Source: a virus
Lineage: Duplodnaviria > Caudoviricetes
Virus record (IMG/VR): IMGVR_UViG_3300044637_000453
Coordinates: 1 to 35,917 of that record
DNA: 35,917 nt
Reading direction: 5' to 3' (one strand)
The position numbers were made by a program, and so were the translations under genes. Shown piece after piece: positions 28,964 through 35,917 of the stretch. Within the stretch, counting starts at the first letter, position 1, and each line of letters begins with the position of its first letter. The notes under the pieces are model-generated. The model was not told where the DNA came from. It saw only the letters and a list, made by a program, of their open reading frames with translations, and did no database searches.

Positions 28964-30298
28964 ATGGCAAGAAATCGTGTAATATACCAAAGTCAAGCTT
29001 TATTTATCGCTCCAAGTTCTACTGGAGTACAAGTAAGCGGAGTAGATAGCGCAGGTACTGGATTCACTGCCTCTCCATTTACTCCAACTGATACAGGTTC
29101 ACTAGCATCCGGTATTTCTCTTCTAAAGAAGATGGATCGCATTCAAAATTGTAATTTTAATTTTACAATTAATAGACAAGATATCAATGAATTCGGTAAA
29201 CTAGCTCGTATCGATTCTATTGTTATGGAAGCTCCAACAGTTGGACTTGATTTCAGTTATTATGTAACTGATGGCTATAATGAAAGATTAATGGGCTTTA
29301 ATATTACTGGAGTTACTGATACAAATATCGTTAATGGCGCACAAGCTATTTCTGGATTACTAACTGATCTACAAGGTAATAATTATTACATTTTAACTGT
29401 AGATGAAGGTGAAGACGTTGTTGGCGGAACATTGACCCCAAATTCTACTATAGTAGGAATTGGTAATGGATTCGTTAGCGAATATAGTTTTGAAGCTTCT
29501 GTTGGAGCTATTCCAACAGCAAGCGTAACTGTTGAAGCTTTTAACATCAAATCTGATTCAGCCGAAACCGTCACAACCGTAACAACCGGAAATGCACCCG
29601 CAACATCAGTGGTTGGCGCAAATATAACCTCAATAACTGGAAATAGCGCAGCAATTAATCTTTTTGCTACTCCAGCTACTAAATTTACTTCTATTGGTTC
29701 TGCATATAAACTTGATTATTCAAGAGATTTCACTGGAGCAATTGGTGCTGCCGCTGGTGTTGATTTTACAGGATTCACCACTGGAGTAAGTTCTGTAAGC
29801 GCATTGCGTCCTGGTGATATAGTTCTTTCTCTTGGAAACAGCGTTGGTTTAACAAATCTAGCAGACGCTCATATTCAATCATTTAGTTTTACTCTTCCAT
29901 TGAGCAGAACAATTCTACAAAGACTTGGAAATACATTTGGTTTCGCAAGAGTTGTTAATGTTCCTATTAATATGGATGTAAGTATTAGCGCAATTGTTTC
30001 TGAACTAAAAGATCAAAATCTTTTTGACGCTTTAACAAGTGGAACTCAAACTCTTTCAATTACATTGAAAAATAGCTCATCAGCAAATAAGATTGTTTAT
30101 GAAATCAGAGGCGCACTATTATCTTCTGAAACATATTCTGAAAATCTTGGTGATAATCAAACTGTAGATTTAACATATTCAGTTCAAATCGGCGGCGCAA
30201 ACGACACAACCGCTGGATTGTTTATGTCTGGAAGTTATCAAAACGAATTAGACTCTATTACATCAGGCTTCTTCAAGCTTGGCACTGGCAAGATCTAA
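28964..30298 (+). CDS. Major tail tube protein
   Basis: 444 aa, Thr/Ser/Gly-rich beta protein (MARNRVIYQSQALF, RIQNCNFNFTINRQDINEFG); long A-rich leader and a strong terminator downstream, as expected for an abundant structural protein. Confidence 0.75.
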   Translation: MARNRVIYQSQALFIAPSSTGVQVSGVDSAGTGFTASPFTPTDTGSLASGISLLKKMDRIQNCNFNFTINRQDINEFGKLARIDSIVMEAPTVGLDFSYYVTDGYNERLMGFNITGVTDTNIVNGAQAISGLLTDLQGNNYYILTVDEGEDVVGGTLTPNSTIVGIGNGFVSEYSFEASVGAIPTASVTVEAFNIKSDSAETVTTVTTGNAPATSVVGANITSITGNSAAINLFATPATKFTSIGSAYKLDYSRDFTGAIGAAAGVDFTGFTTGVSSVSALRPGDIVLSLGNSVGLTNLADAHIQSFSFTLPLSRTILQRLGNTFGFARVVNVPINMDVSISAIVSELKDQNLFDALTSGTQTLSITLKNSSSANKIVYEIRGALLSSETYSENLGDNQTVDLTYSVQIGGANDTTAGLFMSGSYQNELDSITSGFFKLGTGKI

Positions 30299-30311
30299 AA
30301 TAGATAACAAT

Positions 30312-30347
30312 AAAAAACCCCAGTCGAAAGACTGGGGTTCTTTTTTT
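30312..30347. terminator. Bidirectional intrinsic terminator
   Basis: AACCCCAGTC-GAAA-GACTGGGGTT perfect stem with GNRA loop, A-tract on the left and T-tract on the right, between convergent genes. Confidence 0.9.
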
Positions 30348-30349
30348 AC

Positions 30350-30862
30350 TTATGGATGACCATATCCATATGGATAATAAAAAAATCCAGATCCTGTAAA
30401 TATCGGCGAACCATCTTCACCAGCCACTTGCACAGGCGCAGCTTGATAAATATTGTAACTAGATACTAATCTTTCCATTTCTTCTCTAGCGTCATTAGCT
30501 AATCCGCGATATGTTTTTGCAAGTTCGTTTTTATTTGTACGCGTAATCATTGTGTCGCCTTCACGCAAAGTCACGAAATCTACAGAGCTATCTACTCCGC
30601 GCAAAACTTGGCGAGTCTTTTTTGTATAAAACTCATACAAGTACATTTGCTTATATATTGCTCTTTCTTCTTGTTGAAAAAACCCTGTTGGTTCAAAATT
30701 AGAATTTTGTACTGAATATTGGCTGTATATTTTTGTATTTAACAAACCAACATTATTAGCAAGCCATCCTGAAATATAATAAAATTGAGCATAGCCGCTA
30801 TCATACTCAAATTCATTCGCGAATATTTCATCAGCTAAATCATGTACACTATAAGCTACCAT
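30350..30862 (-). CDS. Hypothetical virion protein, possible head-tail adaptor
   Basis: 170-aa helical ORF with a LREGDTMITRTN hairpin followed by a helix, as in adaptor proteins; preceded by the GTGTAA motif. Confidence 0.45.
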   Translation of the reverse strand: MVAYSVHDLADEIFANEFEYDSGYAQFYYISGWLANNVGLLNTKIYSQYSVQNSNFEPTGFFQQEERAIYKQMYLYEFYTKKTRQVLRGVDSSVDFVTLREGDTMITRTNKNELAKTYRGLANDAREEMERLVSSYNIYQAAPVQVAGEDGSPIFTGSGFFYYPYGYGHP

Positions 30863-30871
30863 ATATATATC

Positions 30872-30877
30872 TTACAC
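30872..30877 (-). promoter_or_regulatory. GTGTAA motif before 30862
   Basis: GTGTAA-N9-ATG; overlaps the cysC-like stop codon. Confidence 0.55.
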
Positions 30878-31327
30878 TTTTTTATTTAACTTACGAACTA
30901 ATTCGTTGTATATCATTTTAGAATAATAACTGCTATTCTTACTTTGAACTTCAATATCAAACTTTTTGGGCGGCTCAAACACTTTATTAGTATCTTCGTA
31001 TGTTGATTCGTTAATGGTATTCATAAATATTAAAAAATCAGGATCAAATTGATTTCTGGTTTTTTGAAACGGACATACAAAGTCGCAAATGACTATTTCA
31101 TTATACTGACCGTACATGTCGGCCAAATCTTTCATTCTTTTACCTTGACGTTCACGACCAGCTTCACTGAAGTCCCAATCGTTGAATTGTTCACGAACTT
31201 TATCTGCGTTTAACCAATGACATTTATAATGATGGCTCAAAAGATAAGATAAATCTGCCGCTAATGTGGTTTTACCAGATCCCGGCAAGCCCATAATTAA
31301 TACCTTTAAAAACGAACCAATTGGCAT
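30872..31327 (-). CDS. cysC: Adenylyl-sulfate (APS) kinase-like P-loop kinase
   Basis: GLPGSGKTTLA P-loop, LNADKVR..DWDFSEAGRERQ, ICDFVCP..TR, FEPP; shorter than cellular CysC. Confidence 0.75.
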   Translation of the reverse strand: MPIGSFLKVLIMGLPGSGKTTLAADLSYLLSHHYKCHWLNADKVREQFNDWDFSEAGRERQGKRMKDLADMYGQYNEIVICDFVCPFQKTRNQFDPDFLIFMNTINESTYEDTNKVFEPPKKFDIEVQSKNSSYYSKMIYNELVRKLNKKV

Positions 31328-31337
31328 ATTATATGGT

Positions 31338-32162
31338 ATGGTTGAAAAGATATTTTTTCAATGTTCACTACCTCGGGCAGGTTCGACACTTTTACAAAAT
31401 GTGCTGGCGCAAAATCCTGATTTTTATGCAACACCAACTAGTGGATTAATTGAAATCTTCCTTAATGCTAGAAATATTTATTCTACAAATATTGAATTTA
31501 AGGCTCAAGACATTAATGTAGTTGAACCAGCATTCAAAGCTCTTTGTAAAGAAGGTATGTTTGCATATTTTAACGCCATCACTGATAAGAAATATGTTAT
31601 TGACAAAAGCAGAGGCTGGAGCGTTACATACGATTTTCTAAACTGGTATTATCCAGAACCAAAGGTTATTGTTATGGTTCGCGATCTGCGAGCAGTTGTG
31701 GCGAGCATGGAAAAGAAGTGGCGACAATATCAGCACATTGATGCTGGCCTTCAGAACTGGAACGAACTTCGTAACACTACGGTTGATAAGAGAATAGATT
31801 ACTTTTTAATGCAAGCGCCGCCACTTGCTGTAAGTATTGATGTATTGTATGATACCGTTATGCGTAAATTAAGTAAGAAATGTTTATTTATTAAGTTTGA
31901 AAACTTCGCCAGTAATCCTCAAAGAGAAATGGAACGAGTGTACGAGTATCTTGGATTGCCGTTTTATCAACACGACTTTAATAATGTAGAACAAAAGACT
32001 TTTGAAGATGATCGTATGCACATTCCTTTTGGTGACCATACAATTCAAAAAGTAATCAAACCAGTGCCTAACGACTATATAGATATTCTTGGAAAACAGA
32101 ACTGCGATAATATATACAACAAGTTTTCTTGGTTCTATAAAGCTTTTAGTTACGATTATTAA
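31338..32162 (+). CDS. PAPS-dependent sulfotransferase family protein
   Basis: SLPRAGSTLL 5'-PSB loop, IDKSRGW, VRDLRAVVAS 3'-PB motif, IKFENF..NP...MERVYEYLGLP. Start taken at ATG 31338. Confidence 0.88.
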   Translation: MVEKIFFQCSLPRAGSTLLQNVLAQNPDFYATPTSGLIEIFLNARNIYSTNIEFKAQDINVVEPAFKALCKEGMFAYFNAITDKKYVIDKSRGWSVTYDFLNWYYPEPKVIVMVRDLRAVVASMEKKWRQYQHIDAGLQNWNELRNTTVDKRIDYFLMQAPPLAVSIDVLYDTVMRKLSKKCLFIKFENFASNPQREMERVYEYLGLPFYQHDFNNVEQKTFEDDRMHIPFGDHTIQKVIKPVPNDYIDILGKQNCDNIYNKFSWFYKAFSYDY

Positions 32163-32182
32163 TTTCTATAGATAAAAAAATA

Positions 32183-32188
32183 GTGTAA
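32183..32188 (+). promoter_or_regulatory. GTGTAA motif before the 93-aa gene
   Basis: TTCTATAG-N11-GTGTAA-N14-ATG. Confidence 0.6.
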
Positions 32189-32202
32189 AATTAAATACAA
32201 AT

Positions 32203-32484
32203 ATGAGCGACCCAACATTCCCAATTATCAATCTACCAAGTGCTGTAGAAATTCAACAAGCTGCTAATACCAGTCAAATCGAAATCCTTCAAACCACAGA
32301 CGACCCAATCGGTAAGACTGTAAAGAGTTTGGTAAAGATATCAACCACTCCTTACGCTCATAACTGGTATACAGTATGGTCTGGAGATACATATGATCAA
32401 GCTGGTCAATGGACGGACGCCCAATTGTCTGCCGCCATCGTTACTCTAGTAATGGCAGAATATCCTCCCGCTTTGACACGATAA
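32203..32484 (+). CDS. Small hypothetical protein (93 aa), possibly virion-associated
   Basis: Clean ORF with its own GTGTAA motif and a downstream terminator; VWSGDTYDQAGQWTD motif. Confidence 0.7.
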   Translation: MSDPTFPIINLPSAVEIQQAANTSQIEILQTTDDPIGKTVKSLVKISTTPYAHNWYTVWSGDTYDQAGQWTDAQLSAAIVTLVMAEYPPALTR

Positions 32485-32520
32485 TAACTGTAGAAAACAA
32501 TACTAAAAAAACATAAAATA

Positions 32521-32552
32521 CCTCAAGGACATATTGTTCTTGAGGTTTTTTT
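32521..32552 (+). terminator. Intrinsic terminator-like hairpin
   Basis: CCTCAAGGAC-ATATT-GTTCTTGAGG followed by T7. Confidence 0.75.
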
Positions 32553-33317
32553 ATGGCTGAAAAAAAGAAAGTATTAATCGCAACTCCATCTTACGACGGT
32601 AAACTGGATGTTTATTATATCGACTCACTTCTAAACACTTTATCATTAGCTGAAAAGAATAATGTAGAAGTATATCCATTGTTTATTTGTTACGACTCTC
32701 TTATTCAACGTGCGCGAAACGATTTATTTAAACTTGCTTATAGTAACGATATTGATAATTTGTTTTTTATTGATGGTGATGTAGGTTGGAATCCTCAAGA
32801 TTTTTACAAGCTGGTAAAAAGCGACAAAGATATTATCGGTGGATCTTATAGAAAAAAGACTGACAACGAAGAGCTTTACGTTGTGAAAGCTCTTGATAAA
32901 GATAATTCTAAATTAAATTTGAGCGTTGATAAAGACGGCATTCTTGAAGTGGCAGGTTTAGGTTGCGGGTTCATGAAAATTTCTCGCAAAGCTATGAACG
33001 CTTTATGGGAGATTTCCAAACCGTATACCTCAGAAAAAGGTGACACACGAATGGTATTTGAAGTCGTTTGTGAAGACGGCGATCTTATCAGCGAAGATAT
33101 TTATATGTGTAAGAAGTGGCGCAATCTTGGTAATAGCATTTATCTCGATACCAACATCACATGTTCGCACACAGGCGCGAAGACGTTCGTAGGAGACGTT
33201 GGTAAATGGATCAACTCTTTTAAAAATCAAAATACCTTCAATCCACAACCGACAACCGATCTGTCTAAATATTTTGTAAAGAATAATGATGAAGATGATT
33301 TTAAAGTTCTTGTATGA
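32553..33317 (+). CDS. GT-A fold glycosyltransferase (GT2-like)
   Basis: VLIATPSY, SLIQRARN, FFIDGDVGW (DxD), GCGFMKISR, SEDIYMC, CSHTG. Confidence 0.85.
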   Translation: MAEKKKVLIATPSYDGKLDVYYIDSLLNTLSLAEKNNVEVYPLFICYDSLIQRARNDLFKLAYSNDIDNLFFIDGDVGWNPQDFYKLVKSDKDIIGGSYRKKTDNEELYVVKALDKDNSKLNLSVDKDGILEVAGLGCGFMKISRKAMNALWEISKPYTSEKGDTRMVFEVVCEDGDLISEDIYMCKKWRNLGNSIYLDTNITCSHTGAKTFVGDVGKWINSFKNQNTFNPQPTTDLSKYFVKNNDEDDFKVLV

Positions 33318-34276
33318 CGGATATTTACGCAGACATTATTTTATTTGATAGCATAGGTTCTTCATACGATGGAAATACCATGCACAAATGTGGAATGGGC
33401 GGCAGCGAGTTTCAAGCCATTTTACTTCTTGAAGAGTTAGCTAAAGAAGGATATAAAGTTATATGCCTAAACAATTCTAACAAAGAATCTTTTGTAAATG
33501 GAGTGTTGTATGCGCCAAACAAGTTGGTTGATAGTTATAAATTCAAGTGCAAGAATTTAATAATCCACAGGTATAGCGAAATTCCTAAAATCGCTCACAA
33601 AAAAGCATTCATGTGGGCAACCGATTTGAATGGCGTTCATAATCTAAAATTCTATAAACTATTTGAAGAAAAGAAACTAACTTTAATTACCCTCAGTAAT
33701 TTTCATAACGATTTGTTTCCAAAATCTTGGGACAAGCATGTAATTTATTTCATGATACCTGATTGGGTATATGAGTATTCTATACCAGAGAACAAGAAAG
33801 ATTATATATACGCCAGTAGTTTAATGAAAGGATATTCATCCACATTACCATTATGGAAATATCTAAAAAATGAAAAACTACTTAGTAAAACTGATGTATT
33901 GAATGTGTGTTTACCGGGATATGACAATCCGACCCAAGACATAAGCGAAAAAGATTATGGAATTAATTATCTTGGAACTTTGAAGTTTAAAGAAGTTATA
34001 GAACTGATGGCGAAATGTCGCGGCATGTTTTATGTCAACACTATGCCCGAGACTTTTGGCATAAGCGTTGTACTATCCGACATATTAAAGACGACACCGT
34101 TTGTTTATGGTATAAACGGTCTAGGAAGTTTATCTGAATTAATAAATAATAAAAATCTTACTACCGACATGCAAGAATACATTAATATGTTTAAAACTTA
34201 TTCAAGCTTAAATGAAACGCCGCGAAACTTCCGCCCAAAGATGGTTATTAAATGGTGGAAGAAAGTATTGATTTAA
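33314..34276 (+). CDS. GT-B fold glycosyltransferase (GT4-like)
   Basis: GMGGSEFQ N-terminal motif, YASS..KG, PETFGISVV; ATGA overlap with the upstream GT. Confidence 0.8.
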   Translation: MTDIYADIILFDSIGSSYDGNTMHKCGMGGSEFQAILLLEELAKEGYKVICLNNSNKESFVNGVLYAPNKLVDSYKFKCKNLIIHRYSEIPKIAHKKAFMWATDLNGVHNLKFYKLFEEKKLTLITLSNFHNDLFPKSWDKHVIYFMIPDWVYEYSIPENKKDYIYASSLMKGYSSTLPLWKYLKNEKLLSKTDVLNVCLPGYDNPTQDISEKDYGINYLGTLKFKEVIELMAKCRGMFYVNTMPETFGISVVLSDILKTTPFVYGINGLGSLSELINNKNLTTDMQEYINMFKTYSSLNETPRNFRPKMVIKWWKKVLI

Positions 34277-34902
34277 GGTCTAATAAATAATAGACTTTCG
34301 GCAATCAATTCGTTCTTATCGTTCATAACTGTTTCGACTGGCATAATATAATCAAATTTTAGATCAAACATTTTGTTTAATATTTGATCTTTATTGCAGC
34401 CGCCTTCATTATAATTATTAAAAGATACTTCGGTGATAACAACTTTAGCGTTTTTAAAAGTATTTATACCGCCTTCTATAATATCTAATTCACTACCTTG
34501 AGTGTCTATTTTTATAAGATCGTAAATATCTTTCACACAATCATCTAATCTATAAATCGGCAACTCTTCGACTATCAAATTTTGTTCGTTATATGTTTGC
34601 GAGTTTTCTTTGTATATAGAATTGCCAGAACAAATTGCACTCCATTTTGTTTTATAAAATTTAGTTGTACCGTTGATTTTACCAAGCAATTTTATTTGAT
34701 AATCGTAAAGTTGTTTCTGGTATAACTTTTCGCACTCAGCGTTTCCTTCGAATAATAATATGTTTGCGACAGGCCAGATTTGGCGCATAATGTCTGCCGT
34801 TTGGCAGACACTTGCACCGATATCTAATATATTTTTAGGATAAAATCCTTTGTCTCTGAGTAAGAAACAAATTTGAGAATAATAGTCATAAGAATAACCC
34901 AT
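34273..34902 (-). CDS. FkbM family SAM-dependent methyltransferase
   Basis: ILDIGAS, FEGN, RLDD, DLIKIDTQGSELDIIEGG, VITEVS. Confidence 0.88.
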   Translation of the reverse strand: MGYSYDYYSQICFLLRDKGFYPKNILDIGASVCQTADIMRQIWPVANILLFEGNAECEKLYQKQLYDYQIKLLGKINGTTKFYKTKWSAICSGNSIYKENSQTYNEQNLIVEELPIYRLDDCVKDIYDLIKIDTQGSELDIIEGGINTFKNAKVVITEVSFNNYNEGGCNKDQILNKMFDLKFDYIMPVETVMNDKNELIAESLLFIRP

Positions 34903-34922
34903 GACTATTATATAAAAAAAAC

Positions 34923-35525
34923 TTAAGCATTAAAGCCTGGTATTGGATGGAATCCAGAAACACCGTTAAAGCTTGGCATTGGAGGAAATGGAGGTATAGT
35001 TATATTTGGAGCAGATGTCGGAATGGTGGGCCACACCGCTTGAGTAATATCTGGGATATCTAACATTGTACGCAACTGTTGTCTGAAATTTTTAAAATCA
35101 AGTTTCGCGGCATCAGACATTGGCGAATCAGACGACTGAGTAAAATCAGTTATCACAAGATATCTATCTCTTATTGTTCTTATGCTTTGTTTTAATTGTT
35201 GGGTGCGGATTTCTATTTCTGAAGTATCTGCGTTTTGTATTGAATAAGAAATTGTGCAAGTTTTTTCATTAATATTGAGTGTTTTGGTTTCTATCAATTT
35301 TTGATCAATGTTTATTGATGGTTTTTCATTAAAGATAGCGACCCAAAACGCTAAATTTGGACTACCTTGCCAAGTTAAATCAGATAACAATTCAGGTGAA
35401 TTTTGTTCTAAAAAATTAAATCCACTTGTTGGTCCAAATGATTCCGGCAAATAATTTGGGCCTTGAATTATAGAGTAATTCTGATTATCGATTTTGGTGA
35501 CTAAAAAATATTGTTTGTTGTTCAT
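34923..35525 (-). CDS. Tail fibre assembly chaperone-like protein
   Basis: IRTIRDRYLVITDFTQSSDSP...FRQQLRTM...WPTIP signature; directly downstream of a fibre-like gene. Confidence 0.8.
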   Translation of the reverse strand: MNNKQYFLVTKIDNQNYSIIQGPNYLPESFGPTSGFNFLEQNSPELLSDLTWQGSPNLAFWVAIFNEKPSINIDQKLIETKTLNINEKTCTISYSIQNADTSEIEIRTQQLKQSIRTIRDRYLVITDFTQSSDSPMSDAAKLDFKNFRQQLRTMLDIPDITQAVWPTIPTSAPNITIPPFPPMPSFNGVSGFHPIPGFNA

Positions 35526-35547
35526 GTTCTTATATTAGATATTTATA

Positions 35548-35917
35548 TTATGGTATTCCAAGTTTAGGTTTCAAGCTTTGAAGAATTGCATCAGCTTTAG
35601 CATAGGTAAATCCTTGGGGATAAGAATTATCTGAATATTCAAATCCTGATAACCAATCACCAATTAAAACATTTGGTAAATAATTATCATCAAAACCACC
35701 ATATTTGCCAAGAGCAGGAGATCCGGCTGTAGTTAAATTTACTCCTCCGATGCTTGTGTTAACATAAGATTGTCCAGCACTACTGTAAAGCGCAAAGTAT
35801 CCTGTATTAAAATATTGAGATTGACCTATTAATGCAATATAACGTCTTCCAGCTACTGGTGAAATGCCAGAAGAAACCGCAGAACCGTTCCTAGAAAAAA
35901 CATAAGGAGTCACTCCA
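35548..35917 (-). CDS. C-terminal part of a probable tail fibre/lectin-like protein (5' partial)
   Basis: Frame is open to the right window edge; Gly/Ser/Tyr-rich, ends ILQSLKPKLGIP; followed by a fibre chaperone. Confidence 0.55.
   Translation of the reverse strand, partial: GVTPYVFSRNGSAVSSGISPVAGRRYIALIGQSQYFNTGYFALYSSAGQSYVNTSIGGVNLTTAGSPALGKYGGFDDNYLPNVLIGDWLSGFEYSDNSYPQGFTYAKADAILQSLKPKLGIP

Noticed and set aside
31266-31337. N-terminal extension of the sulfotransferase from the GTG at 31266
   Set aside because: It would overlap the cysC-like gene antisense; the family motif begins right after ATG 31338.
3662-33248. Short antisense ORFs in the track (e.g. 9674..10123, 17361..17687, 22449..22712, 29386..29574, 33030..33248)
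   Set aside because: Wholly or almost wholly antisense to long well-supported genes, with no recognisable motifs. 22449..22712 was considered as an immunity gene for the TMP cargo but has no support.
1-35917. Stop-codon reassignment, diversity-generating retroelement, tRNA or integrase
   Set aside because: Genes tile densely under the standard code; no reverse transcriptase, template/variable repeat pair, cloverleaf or recombinase was recognised by eye.

Overview
AT-rich segment of a large tailed (siphovirus-like) phage genome holding almost the whole tail and neck module plus a cluster of surface-modification enzymes. Minus strand, right to left: two putative tail assembly chaperones, a 2591-aa tape measure protein (TMP), two tail-tube-fold paralogues, a fibre protein, lambda-like M, an extra lectin/Ig protein, L, K (JAB only), I, J, and a >1210-aa fibre gene (3631 to beyond the left edge, absent from the ORF track) ending in about 100 Gly-Thr-Ser/Gly-Ser-Ser triplets. 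Plus strand, divergent: neck/tail-completion genes and the major tail tube. Right end: APS-kinase-like gene, sulfotransferase, GT-A and GT-B glycosyltransferases, FkbM methyltransferase, a tail-fibre chaperone and a partial fibre gene. Most notable: (1) the TMP carries globular inserts delimited by a repeated G(F/Y)(I/V)PNFA motif, two with PD-(D/E)xK nuclease-like signatures, suggesting a modular injected-effector cassette; (2) a candidate virion glycosylation/sulfation/methylation system with a Ser/Thr-rich collagen-like fibre as plausible substrate; (3) a recurrent GTGTAA motif just upstream of structural gene starts. All family calls are from by-eye motif recognition and synteny, not database searches.
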